From a virus, in IMG/VR virus record IMGVR_UViG_3300025150_000003, positions 1-64,000 of that record: 64,000 bases of DNA. One strand, 5' to 3'. Of the stretch, positions 55,988 through 64,000 are shown one piece after another. The notes under the pieces were generated by a model, which was not told where the DNA came from, ran no database searches, and was given only the letters and a program-made list of their open reading frames with translations. The translations under genes and the position numbers were made by a program. Within the stretch, counting starts at the first letter, position 1; each line of letters begins with the position of its first letter.

Positions 55988-56685
55988 AGATCAACCTCGT
56001 GCAGCAGGCAGTGCCCTGCCCCGTTGTAGAACTTGATCCCTCGCTCCTCGGCCTGCTGGCCACCATCAGGATGACTGTGCCCAAAGAAGTGATGCGTGAT
56101 CCGGTGCTCCCGGGTGAACAGAGCATCCGCGAGAGGCTGCATCCCGTACCCAGGCTCGCTGTCCAGTATGCCCCGTGGTGGGCCGTGCGTGATGAGGACC
56201 TGGGGGTCACAAGCGAAAGCTCGCTCGATGTGAGGCATCAGGTCATCCGTCTCACCTGCCCAATGGTGACTGCTCTTGTCCCCTTGCACGATGGGGTTGA
56301 TCTGGCGGAAACCAGCGAACCGGATCCCCAGAACCTCGACCATCGGCTGGTCATCGGTGATCTCGTAGACCGTGACCCCGTAGTGGCGAAGGAACTCGGT
56401 GGGGCTGTAGAAGTCGTGGTTGCCCCCGATGTAGAGCACCGGGCAGCCGTTCAAGTCACCGGCCCACTTCTTGGCGTGATCCCGAAACCAGTTCCTCTGG
56501 TACTTCCGCTCATGGGCTGGGCTGATGACCTTGTCGCACCCATAGATCCCATAGTTCGGAACCCAGCCCTTGTTGCCGAAGATGTCCCCCGTGAGGGTCA
56601 GCAAGTCGGCTGACATCCCTGCCACCTGCCGAACGATGCTCGGACGGGCGTGAGTGTCACTGGCGTGGGCGATACGGATCTTCAT
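55984..56685 (-). CDS. Calcineurin-like metallophosphoesterase
   Basis: SDTH, GD, GNHD, THGPP, GHSH. Confidence 0.92.
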   Translation of the reverse strand: MKIRIAHASDTHARPSIVRQVAGMSADLLTLTGDIFGNKGWVPNYGIYGCDKVISPAHERKYQRNWFRDHAKKWAGDLNGCPVLYIGGNHDFYSPTEFLRHYGVTVYEITDDQPMVEVLGIRFAGFRQINPIVQGDKSSHHWAGETDDLMPHIERAFACDPQVLITHGPPRGILDSEPGYGMQPLADALFTREHRITHHFFGHSHPDGGQQAEERGIKFYNGAGHCLLHEVDL

Positions 56686-56689
56686 ACTG

Positions 56690-56720
56690 GTACTACGGAC
56701 GTAGTCAGGGTTCTGAGCCC
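56690..56720 (-). promoter_or_regulatory. Class I motif variant
   Basis: GGGCTCAG-N15-CGTAGTAC. Confidence 0.7.
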
Positions 56721-56956
56721 TGCTCAGCGAAGGACTTGTGAGATCCACAGAACCACTGTCCGTTCACAGCAGCGCAGGGGCACTGGTTCATCCAATCCTC
56801 CCGCTTGTACCTGGTGGGGTACTGGCAACGGATCCTGATCCCGTGCGCCGTTGCCTTGTACACGTTGAACTGGTTGACCACAGCCATCTTGGGACGGTCG
56901 TGTGCGGGCTTGGTAGGGAAACTCGTGTCTTTCACGACTACACCATCCCGATGCAC
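56705..56956 (-). CDS. Small Cys/His protein
   Basis: RCQY...QC..C...FC..H; start uncertain. Confidence 0.5.
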   Translation of the reverse strand: MHRDGVVVKDTSFPTKPAHDRPKMAVVNQFNVYKATAHGIRIRCQYPTRYKREDWMNQCPCAAVNGQWFCGSHKSFAEQGSEP

Positions 56957-57195
56957 TTGTCACAGACAGCACAGTGACGCACATCGTAGGGCATCCCTGC
57001 CACGTCGTAGAAGAACTCGTGTGGGCACGCCGCCTCGCCGATTTGCACCTTCTTGATAGCGGCATCCCGGATGGTGCGAAGCTGGTTGAGATGCTCAAAC
57101 GTCTCCTGAATCAAAACCAGACTCTCAGAACTGGCTTCGGCGATCTTGCTCTGGTCACCATCAGGGTTGAAGAAGAACTTCTGGGGTCGTGACAC
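56938..57195 (-). CDS. Small zinc-binding protein
   Basis: CPH...CAVC; AGGAG RBS. Confidence 0.6.
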   Translation of the reverse strand: MSRPQKFFFNPDGDQSKIAEASSESLVLIQETFEHLNQLRTIRDAAIKKVQIGEAACPHEFFYDVAGMPYDVRHCAVCDKCIGMV

Positions 57196-57205
57196 TGAGG
57201 GACTC

Positions 57206-58189
57206 CTATCGGAAGTAGTCGTGAGCCCAGGCGAACTGGAACCCACAGCGCTGTGCGAAGGTCTGATCCGTCTTCAGGTCCCCAACGCAGATACACTGGG
57301 CAGGGTCGAGCTTGTGCTGCTCGATGAGCAACACTCCCATCCCAGGCATCGGCTTGCGCAAGAAGGTCTGGGGCGGGCCGCCACGCTCCGTGGCGTAAAG
57401 CACCCGGTCGAACTTGATCCCGAGACCCTTCTCAGTCGCCTCGATGCTCGCCTGCACGTTGGCATCGGAGACGTACTTGGCATCCCCGGGCGGGCGACTC
57501 ACACCCGACTGGTTGCTCACCGCGAAGATGAGCCAGCCTTCGGCCTGACGGCGCTGAAGCAGATCGCGGCGTCCGTCGAGGATGATGACCTCACTCGGGT
57601 CACGGGGATAGGGGCACTCCTTCTCGTCCGGCGTCGTGCGAAGGGTTCCATCCAGGTCAAGGATCAGAGCCCGCTTCGTGTATTCAGCTCCCCACACCGT
57701 CTTGACCGTGATCTCCTCGATGGACGAGAAGCCCTCGTCCATCGACGGGTCCGTCATCGCCTTCACGAAGGCGTACTGAACCCCCGGCTGGAACATATTG
57801 GGGTCGTTACAGTAGGGCTTCTCGTCGTAGTCGGTCTTCGACAGGACCTTGCCATACCGCTGCACCTGCCGGCGAGCCGCGAACACCTGGGCCTGCTCGA
57901 TAGGCACCTGGAACCAGAGCACCCGCACGGGGAGATCCAGCTCCTTGGCGACCTGCATCAACACCTCCCGGTGCTCCTTGCGGGTGTAGGTGTTGTCGAG
58001 GATGAACTGACGGTCTCCCGCACGGTAGCAGTCCCGCAGGAACCCGTAGATCAGGGCGGTGGGGCTGTTCAGGACCCCACCGATGGCATCCCGGTTCAGT
58101 CGGCGGTAACCCTTGGCGAGCAAGGCCTTGACGTAGGTGCTCTTGCCGCAGCCGGGGATCCCGACGGTGATGACGATCTCAGGAGTCAT
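57206..58189 (-). CDS. Polynucleotide kinase-like P-loop fused to HAD-IIIA phosphatase
   Basis: GIPGCGKST, LDNT; DLDGTLR, SNQSGV, RKP.PGM, VGD. Confidence 0.9.
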   Translation of the reverse strand: MTPEIVITVGIPGCGKSTYVKALLAKGYRRLNRDAIGGVLNSPTALIYGFLRDCYRAGDRQFILDNTYTRKEHREVLMQVAKELDLPVRVLWFQVPIEQAQVFAARRQVQRYGKVLSKTDYDEKPYCNDPNMFQPGVQYAFVKAMTDPSMDEGFSSIEEITVKTVWGAEYTKRALILDLDGTLRTTPDEKECPYPRDPSEVIILDGRRDLLQRRQAEGWLIFAVSNQSGVSRPPGDAKYVSDANVQASIEATEKGLGIKFDRVLYATERGGPPQTFLRKPMPGMGVLLIEQHKLDPAQCICVGDLKTDQTFAQRCGFQFAWAHDYFR

Positions 58190-58308
58190 TGCAGAACCTA
58201 TCTCCTAGATAGGGGTGGGCTACCAGATGAAGGACGGATACCAGTGGTCGCACTCAATCTCCATCCTCAGAATCTCAAACCTCATGCTCGCCTCTCTTGT
58301 TGATGACC

Positions 58309-58339
58309 CTACTACGCCTGTGGATCAGGAGTTGAGCCC
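58309..58339 (-). promoter_or_regulatory. Class I promoter-like motif
   Basis: Perfect consensus. Confidence 0.8.
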
Positions 58340-58590
58340 TTGGAGTTCATATAGGGTTCCACTAGGAGCGTTATCACGTTCCAGGCCTCCCGGTGACCAG
58401 AAGCGGGCACCTCGCCATAGACACCCTTGTCGGCGTACCGCACCAGGGGGGTGCCTTCGAGCCAGAGCCAGAGCTTGTCATGATCGCTCGTGACGTAGAT
58501 GCCCTTGAAATCCAGTACCGCCCCCTGGTCATCCCGAGGCATCTGCCGGAACTCCTCGAACAGAGCTTCGATGCGTGGGTCTGCGGTCAC
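58312..58590 (-). CDS. Hypothetical protein
   Basis: GTGA coupling, GGAGG RBS. Confidence 0.6.
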   Translation of the reverse strand: MTADPRIEALFEEFRQMPRDDQGAVLDFKGIYVTSDHDKLWLWLEGTPLVRYADKGVYGEVPASGHREAWNVITLLVEPYMNSKGSTPDPQA

Positions 58591-59060
58591 TGGTCCTCCG
58601 AGAGCCACGCGGGGTTGCGCTTGAGAGCCTCGGACCAGTACCAGAGCGTCTGCTTGCCCACGCGGCCTCCCACCTCAGCCTTGACGTACTCGAAGAAGTC
58701 GTAGGCGGGGTCGTTGAGCCCACAGCGGCACAGGCACCGCAGGACTCGGGTGATGCGCAGGTGGTTGTGATCCACGGGCTGACGCCACGCGGTCGTGTTG
58801 TCGAGGAACGCGATGTACCTGCCCAGCAGGGCGAGCATCCGTGCCTTGAGCACCGGATCCATCGAGATCACGTCGTAGTCACTCTGGGTGGCGACGGGGC
58901 TGGTGGGCTGAGCCTGGGAGGGCTCGGGCAGAGGAAATGCCCACTGGATGTGGCCATGACATTGCTCCCAGAACTCGTCGTCGTAACCGAGAATGTCAGA
59001 CAAGGTGAGCCCAATTGAGTTGGGCTCATCACCTCGGAGGAAGTCGATGATGTCGCTCAT
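58587..59060 (-). CDS. OGFr conserved-region protein
   Basis: E..H..IQW.FPL.E.S; DHNHLRITRVL. Confidence 0.88.
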   Translation of the reverse strand: MSDIIDFLRGDEPNSIGLTLSDILGYDDEFWEQCHGHIQWAFPLPEPSQAQPTSPVATQSDYDVISMDPVLKARMLALLGRYIAFLDNTTAWRQPVDHNHLRITRVLRCLCRCGLNDPAYDFFEYVKAEVGGRVGKQTLWYWSEALKRNPAWLSEDQ

Positions 59061-59254
59061 GGGGCCTCCAGCTTCGCGACCACCGGTCGCCAACAGGGGT
59101 CGATGGTAGCCGCGTAGCCCACGGCGTCCTCACGGGTGGGGAACCCTGACCTGGTGGCCAGGGCCTCATCACCGAGATGGTCGGGGTGACCCAGGTAGAT
59201 GACGACCCAGGTGCCCTCAGCCATCGCTACACGGTTGAATCGGTTGTTGCCCAT
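59057..59254 (-). CDS. Small hypothetical protein
   Basis: ATGA coupling. Confidence 0.55.
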   Translation of the reverse strand: MGNNRFNRVAMAEGTWVVIYLGHPDHLGDEALATRSGFPTREDAVGYAATIDPCWRPVVAKLEAP

Positions 59255-59326
59255 CAGGGGATCTTCACGCCGAAGCGGACTCGGAGGTTGAAGAGCAGTT
59301 GCTCCTTTTCTGGTTGGGGTTGATGT

Positions 59327-59752
59327 TCACGATGTTGCTCCCACGAGGATGGTCAGCGAGGGGTTGTTGATGGTGGACTTCCGGTTGGAGTCTAGGTCGA
59401 TGACCTTGACCTGCCGAGTCCACCAACCGCAGCCGTTGTGGTAGGACTTGCCGAAGCCCAGCACCTTGACCCGCACCACCTCTTTGCTGGAGACGGCGTG
59501 CAGGGTGGCACCCACGGTGATTTCGGTGTTGAACATGTCGTAGGCGACCACCAGGTTCGTGTAGGCCGTCGGGTGGCCCTGTTGGCCAACATCTGCGGGG
59601 ACCCGCACGTTGAGAGCGGGGATCCAGAGACCCCTGCCGAAACTCTGGTTCACCAGACCGTCCGGCGTCTCCCGTGAGAGAAGCTCATAGCCGACCACAG
59701 TCTGCCCTGCGAGGGGACCTGTGGAGATGAGGAATTTGCTGTAGTTGCTCAT
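59327..59752 (-). CDS. Hypothetical protein, probably leaderless
   Basis: ATG 4 nt after class I motif. Confidence 0.7.
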   Translation of the reverse strand: MSNYSKFLISTGPLAGQTVVGYELLSRETPDGLVNQSFGRGLWIPALNVRVPADVGQQGHPTAYTNLVVAYDMFNTEITVGATLHAVSSKEVVRVKVLGFGKSYHNGCGWWTRQVKVIDLDSNRKSTINNPSLTILVGATS

Positions 59753-59756
59753 ACCC

Positions 59757-59828
59757 CTACTACGGAGGGGAGGCTGAAATTGAGCCCCTAAAATTGAGGG
59801 CTCAACTTAGCGAAGTCATCCGTACTGG
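59757..59828. promoter_or_regulatory. Divergent pair of class I motifs
   Basis: Minus 59757-59787; plus 59798-59828 (CGTACTGG variant). Confidence 0.75.
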
Positions 59829-59853
59829 GGGCAGAACACAAACGGAGGACCCC

Positions 59854-60216
59854 ATGAGCAGCAACCCCACAGTCGGCGAAGGCGCAACCCTCAACTACTG
59901 GTCCGACCGAGACGCCGGGACGGTCGTGCGGGTCAGCCCCAGCGGCAAGACCGCCTACGTCCGCCGGGACCGGGCCACCCTGCTGAACGGAGCCAACTCG
60001 GGAGAGCCGGATGCTCTCAAGATGTCCCCTGGTGGGTTCTGTGCCCACGTCGAGGGCGTACAACGATACGCCTACGAGCCCAACCCCAAGGGTCGGCTCT
60101 ACAAGGTGACCCTGCGTGCCAACGGTGAGTGGCGGCAGGTGGGCACCAAGGCCGGCGAGAGGGGTGGGACCGTGACCTTCGGTGTCCGCTCCGAGTTCTA
60201 CGACTACAACCGCTAA
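59854..60216 (+). CDS. Phage hypothetical protein
   Basis: PTVGEGAT...WSDR.A.TV..VS; GGAGG RBS. Confidence 0.8.
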   Translation: MSSNPTVGEGATLNYWSDRDAGTVVRVSPSGKTAYVRRDRATLLNGANSGEPDALKMSPGGFCAHVEGVQRYAYEPNPKGRLYKVTLRANGEWRQVGTKAGERGGTVTFGVRSEFYDYNR

Positions 60217-60226
60217 GAGGTTCGAG

Positions 60227-60631
60227 ATGAAGCGTGAGAAGCTGAAGTTCCTGGGCTACCGCAACGTGGCCACCGGGAGGAAGATCCTGGGCCACCTCAA
60301 TCCGCGTGACCTGCCCGAGGCAGACGCCTGGTTCACCTCGGTCATCGACTGCAAGGATGACTCGTACCCGGACCAGCACACGTCCGAGGTGTGCCTGTTC
60401 AACGGGTCCCATCACCACCTCTCGCCGACCTGGCCCATCCTCGGCTTCTTCGACCGGAAGGTGGCGGAGCAGTGGGAGGAAAAGCTCCGTGTGTTCGCCC
60501 GCACCCTGGACCCGGAGAACTCCTTCGACCACTTCGACAAGGAGGTCAACGGAGACAAACGACTCGGTGCTTGGCTCACCGAGCAGGGGTTCGAGCGGTT
60601 CAACCACATCTGGTGGGTGCTCAAAAAGTGA
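60227..60631 (+). CDS. Hypothetical protein
   Basis: GAGG RBS. Confidence 0.7.
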   Translation: MKREKLKFLGYRNVATGRKILGHLNPRDLPEADAWFTSVIDCKDDSYPDQHTSEVCLFNGSHHHLSPTWPILGFFDRKVAEQWEEKLRVFARTLDPENSFDHFDKEVNGDKRLGAWLTEQGFERFNHIWWVLKK

Positions 60632-60639
60632 GGCTGTAG

Positions 60640-60670
60640 GGGCTCAATTTCCGAGTCTCGTCCGTAGTAG
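60640..60670 (+). promoter_or_regulatory. Class I promoter-like motif
   Basis: Perfect consensus. Confidence 0.8.
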
Positions 60671-60703
60671 GTTCAGAACGATGGACACACGGGAGACACC
60701 AAG

Positions 60704-60967
60704 ATGCGTAGCAACACCCAGAGCTTCAACCCCGCCAACTACAACTTCTCGTGGACCTCGGACAACTGGTACGACTGGGATGACAAGGCGGCCCACAAGG
60801 CGGCGATGCAGGACCGCAACGCGGAGGCCAAGCGCCTCAAGCTCGCTGGCCAGACGGTCCGCAAGGGCAGCCGCTCGGGAAACCTCATCACCCGTGGCGG
60901 TATCGGCTCAGGTCACCCGCAAATCGAGATGATCGTCACGGTCTACACCCTGACCGTGGTCGGCTAG
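60704..60967 (+). CDS. Hypothetical protein
   Basis: GGAG RBS, class I motif upstream. Confidence 0.75.
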   Translation: MRSNTQSFNPANYNFSWTSDNWYDWDDKAAHKAAMQDRNAEAKRLKLAGQTVRKGSRSGNLITRGGIGSGHPQIEMIVTVYTLTVVG

Positions 60968-60979
60968 AGGAGAACCACG

Positions 60980-61261
60980 ATGGCCACCACCCAGACTTAC
61001 AATCCACTCATCTTCGGATTCGAGTGGAACCCCGATGGTTCCTTCACCTGGAACCAGGCCGAGGCCACCAAGGCGGCCGATGACGCTTGCGAGAGGGCTG
61101 CTTTGCAACAGGCAGCCCGTGGCTACAACGTGGTGCGATTCCAGGTCCCCGGTCAGGTCACGCGAGCCTACAACCCCCGGACGAAGGCTTACCAGGACTT
61201 CACCGTGACATGCTTCGGGTTCGCGGCTTACGAAGCTGTGACGGTCCTGACCAAGCCCTGA
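60980..61261 (+). CDS. Hypothetical protein, probable paralogue of 60704-60967
   Basis: TQ(S/T)(F/Y)NP..(Y/F).F.W......(Y/F).W...A.KAA shared; GAGGAG RBS. Confidence 0.75.
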   Translation: MATTQTYNPLIFGFEWNPDGSFTWNQAEATKAADDACERAALQQAARGYNVVRFQVPGQVTRAYNPRTKAYQDFTVTCFGFAAYEAVTVLTKP

Positions 61262-61274
61262 ACGGATACAGGCT

Positions 61275-61751
61275 ATGAACGAAAACCACCAACGCGAACA
61301 ATACTGGTTCGACCTCCCCACCCGCCGATTCCTGGTGAGGCTTGTTCGCCAGTACCAGGAGCCACTCCTGCTCTGCTGCCCAATGCTGGGCTATGAGATG
61401 GCTCTAGATCGTAACCCACCCCTTGTCCTCGACATCGACCGTCGGTTTGTGGGTGAGCCCTGGTTTCGAGAGTGGAACCTCCACCGCCCCCAAGCGATGT
61501 TCAAGCCCGACCTCGTGGTGTTCGATCCACCCTTCACCACGGTCAAGCTCGACCGTCTCTGGAATGCCATCCGAGTCCTGGTCATGGGTGACTGGACGAC
61601 TCCCATGGTGGTGGTCTGGCCCAAGTACCGGGAGGCTGACCTTCTGGGCACGTTCCATCAGGCTGGGCTGAAGCCCACAGGCATCATTCCCGGCTACCTC
61701 TCCTGCTCCCCTGGTGCAGAGTTCTACGCCAACTTCGACCTGGAGGGCTAA
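61275..61751 (+). CDS. DPPF-type methyltransferase (EEF1AKMT1/Efm5-like family)
   Basis: EQYWFD..T, LDIDRRF, DLVVFDPPF. Confidence 0.65.
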   Translation: MNENHQREQYWFDLPTRRFLVRLVRQYQEPLLLCCPMLGYEMALDRNPPLVLDIDRRFVGEPWFREWNLHRPQAMFKPDLVVFDPPFTTVKLDRLWNAIRVLVMGDWTTPMVVVWPKYREADLLGTFHQAGLKPTGIIPGYLSCSPGAEFYANFDLEG

Positions 61752-62395
61752 TGGGCCACACCACCCTCATCTTCCTCGACATTGACGGCGTAATGAACCG
61801 TTACGGCCATCCGCAACAGGAAGTGCTGGATGAGCATCTCGTTGGACAACTGAATCGGCTTCAATCCTGGCTTGGGACTCAAGTCGTGTTCAACTCCGCC
61901 TGGAACTCCCATTCCCTGGACTACATGAAAAACGCCTTTGCCAAGGCAGGGCATCTGTACCCGGCAACTCTCATTGGCCAAACCGGAAGCTGTGCCGGTG
62001 GTGGGGATCCCGTGCGGGACTACCTCATCGAGAACGATCTCGTAGGAACCCCGTTCATCATCATCGACGATGGAGACAGCAACTACGGAGAGATGTGGTG
62101 CCGTCTGGTCCGTTGTGACCCGAACGAGGGCTTCACGGACAAGAGAAGGAATCAGGCGGAAGACCTGATCTGGCAGGCCCTCTCTCCCCGAGAGAAGGAG
62201 TCACGGGAGACGGCCGTCAAACACCTTGTGGATCACGCCCACTGGCTGGCAACGCGGACTCACTGGCTCACCCCAGAGGACCGAGAACGCTACATCCGAA
62301 TGGATCTGGACCTCGTGGCACACTGCCTGCTTGTCCCTGATTTCCTGGAACAAGCACTCCTGGTCAAGCCAACTGCTTCGCCAGAATCCGAGTGA
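61751..62395 (+). CDS. HAD phosphatase, RNA-repair-associated (HAD_SAK_2-like)
   Basis: IFLDIDGVMN, VVFNSAW, FIIIDD, V.CD..EGFT. Confidence 0.75.
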   Translation: MGHTTLIFLDIDGVMNRYGHPQQEVLDEHLVGQLNRLQSWLGTQVVFNSAWNSHSLDYMKNAFAKAGHLYPATLIGQTGSCAGGGDPVRDYLIENDLVGTPFIIIDDGDSNYGEMWCRLVRCDPNEGFTDKRRNQAEDLIWQALSPREKESRETAVKHLVDHAHWLATRTHWLTPEDRERYIRMDLDLVAHCLLVPDFLEQALLVKPTASPESE

Positions 62396-62819
62396 TCAAA
62401 GCGTCCTTGCCACCTGGGATCTTCGAGGCTCCCCGGATCCCCAGGTGGTTGGAGGCATAGGAACGCAGCTCCGTGATGGAATGCTGGGCCAACCCTTGTG
62501 CATCCAGGGTGTCCAGATGGTCCCACTCATTGGATTTCGTGACCGGGGCTGGATTCTTGACCGGAACTGGCTTCTTGACCACGGGCGGAGACTCAACCAC
62601 GGGCGAAGACTCGACCACGGGGGGTTTCACCACCACAGGACGTGGTGCCGGGAGGGGCATCCCATCTCTGTAGGGTCGCTCGACCGGGCACCCTAGCAAA
62701 CACCGCTGGGCTCCTGCGTGGAACTTGGCCGAGGGGACATGCCTGCGGCAAGCCCAAGTGTTGTCATCAAGCCAGATGGGGCTCTCAGGGGCGGTTCGTC
62801 TGGCTACGGGATAGTACAT
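62364..62819 (-). CDS. Hypothetical protein with Rho N-terminal-like C-terminus
   Basis: ITELRSYA...LGI.GASK...K..LI..I; PVVE repeats. Confidence 0.65.
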   Translation of the reverse strand: MYYPVARRTAPESPIWLDDNTWACRRHVPSAKFHAGAQRCLLGCPVERPYRDGMPLPAPRPVVVKPPVVESSPVVESPPVVKKPVPVKNPAPVTKSNEWDHLDTLDAQGLAQHSITELRSYASNHLGIRGASKIPGGKDALITRILAKQLA

Positions 62820-62856
62820 TCACGGTCCTATTGGTCTGCACAAAGTTGGGAGCCTG

Positions 62857-63189
62857 TTACACGGTCTCCAGGAAATCCAGCTCCCCTTCGACCACGCAAG
62901 CCACCACATTGGGGTCCTTGTCGTACAACGGTAGAGCCCCATCAGGCATCTTGTCTACGAAGAACACCTTCTGCCCGATGGACTGGTAGTCCCTCCCACC
63001 TCGCAGTGGGTGGGTCATTGAGGCGGTGACCTTGGCTCGACCCTCAGGCGTCGAGAGGTACTGAGCAATGATGCTCTGCTTCAGGTCATAGTCTGATTGA
63101 GGTGGTGGCTCCACAACGGGAGCCACCACGATCTCGGGTTCCTCGTATTCCCAGAACCAATCGGGCAGGACGGGGGGCATGGGGGTCAC
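62857..63189 (-). CDS. Hypothetical protein, possibly related to a capsid N-terminal segment
   Basis: KQSIIAQYL.T..GRAK..ASM..PLR..RDY...G.K.F.V...PDGALP.YDKDP. Confidence 0.55.
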   Translation of the reverse strand: MTPMPPVLPDWFWEYEEPEIVVAPVVEPPPQSDYDLKQSIIAQYLSTPEGRAKVTASMTHPLRGGRDYQSIGQKVFFVDKMPDGALPLYDKDPNVVACVVEGELDFLETV

Positions 63190-63482
63190 CTTGGGTTCGT
63201 GCAGCCTGGAAGCTGAGAGCAGGACGTCATCCCCATCACGCAGGTAGGGTTCAACGGATGCCCACTCTCTTGTGTGTCTGTGCAGAACTTCACACAGCTC
63301 GTGCCGTCTTCCAATGGAAGACCCTCGGGGCAACCAAGCTGCTGTAACTTCTCACAGGCCGCAGGGCAATTCTCTGTGTCCGTCGGCTCGATGGCGATCG
63401 GTGGGGGGCGAGTCTGGCAGGTGGACCCTAGCAGGAAGCTGGCCACCACCAGAGCAAGAATCATCCGAAACAGACGCATCAT
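63186..63482 (-). CDS. Cys-rich putative lipoprotein or secreted protein
   Basis: Signal peptide; seven Cys after the signal/lipobox Cys. Confidence 0.7.
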   Translation of the reverse strand: MMRLFRMILALVVASFLLGSTCQTRPPPIAIEPTDTENCPAACEKLQQLGCPEGLPLEDGTSCVKFCTDTQESGHPLNPTCVMGMTSCSQLPGCTNPR

Positions 63483-63835
63483 GTCTCCTCGGGCTTTCCG
63501 AACAGCAAACTGTCGTCCACGTTGAACAGGTAGATGACCCCAAGGTCGGTAGACGGATCGTAGTTGGCCTCGATGTGAGGCGGACCCGGCTCATCCGGCC
63601 CCAGAGGCTCCACCACGATGCCTTGGTCGGCCAGGAGATTCTTGAGACGATGAGACTCCTGGATCAACTGTTCACGGGGACAGGTCATGAACACGTTGGG
63701 AAACGGCAGAGCACACTCCATCTCCCCGTTCGAGACTCCGTCACCAGAGTCCGTCGTGTGGAACCCCCACAGTTGAAGTTGCATCACCGTCCGACGAATG
63801 CCGGGGCAGAGGTCCTCTGGATTGAAATCACTCAT
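63479..63835 (-). CDS. Hypothetical protein
   Basis: PGIRRTV..L...GF.TTDSGDG. Confidence 0.7.
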   Translation of the reverse strand: MSDFNPEDLCPGIRRTVMQLQLWGFHTTDSGDGVSNGEMECALPFPNVFMTCPREQLIQESHRLKNLLADQGIVVEPLGPDEPGPPHIEANYDPSTDLGVIYLFNVDDSLLFGKPEET

Positions 63836-64000
63836 CCCTGTCGCTCCTGGTAGGTCTCGAAGCCAGCCTGGGGAACCCAGAAATCGCTGCTGACGTCACT
63901 GATCAGTGTCGCGGGATCCATCAGGTAGAAGCCGTTGTCACCCCAGTTGGTGCCCCACGAGTTCTCTCCGATGAACTTCCCATCCTTCATACCCACAATG
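63832..64000 (-). CDS. Papain-like C1 peptidase, C-terminal part
   Basis: IVG...FIGENSWGTNWGDNGF. Confidence 0.8.
   Translation of the reverse strand, partial: IVGMKDGKFIGENSWGTNWGDNGFYLMDPATLISDVSSDFWVPQAGFETYQERQG

Noticed and set aside
4997-60670. Repeated motif as CRISPR repeats or integron attC sites
   Set aside because: Copies are dispersed, bipartite with a variable fixed-length core, not palindromic, and oriented to gene starts; no cas or integrase gene in the window
29573-60980. In-frame TAG junctions at 29577/29573, 45956/45955 and 60967/60980 as programmed readthrough
   Set aside because: Downstream genes have their own ATG and plausible RBS; in-frame spacing is expected by chance about a third of the time
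1-64000. Genome-wide TAG reassignment (code 15)
   Set aside because: Long genes are intact in code 11, and many genes, including putative late ones, end in TAG followed by terminators or new RBSs

Overview
This window looks like part of a large, GC-rich dsDNA bacteriophage genome; a Myxococcota or deltaproteobacterial host is a guess. It is densely packed with short hypothetical genes on both strands. Recognisable genes cover replication and nucleotide supply (family A DNA polymerase, CHC2 zinc-finger protein, DEDDh exonuclease, tmk, tdk, dNK, MazG-like, family 4 UDG), RNA repair and translation rescue (Rnl2-like ligase, kinase-HAD phosphatase, a second HAD, metallophosphoesterase, two Pth2-like hydrolases), NAD/ADP-ribose handling (CinA/PncC, ADP-ribosylglycohydrolase, WGR, OGFr), cell-wall enzymes, HNH and GIY-YIG nucleases, a PAS histidine kinase/response regulator pair and a 1004-aa polyvalent protein. 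The non-coding signals are the most interesting. (1) A leader at 1994-2077 has an in-frame UAG followed by an RGPP arrest-type motif whose codons are complementary to the Shine-Dalgarno of a Pth2 operon, a candidate amber-readthrough switch. (2) A tRNA with the amber anticodon CUA. (3) Three structured tRNA-like RNAs, two with large inserts replacing the anticodon arm. (4) 26 copies of a promoter-like motif GGGCTCAA-N15-CGTAGTAG, plus a second motif CGTT-N7-CTAT-N12-GTAG. (5) An iteron-like non-coding region near 37.8 kb. All protein family calls come from motif recognition by eye, not database searches.
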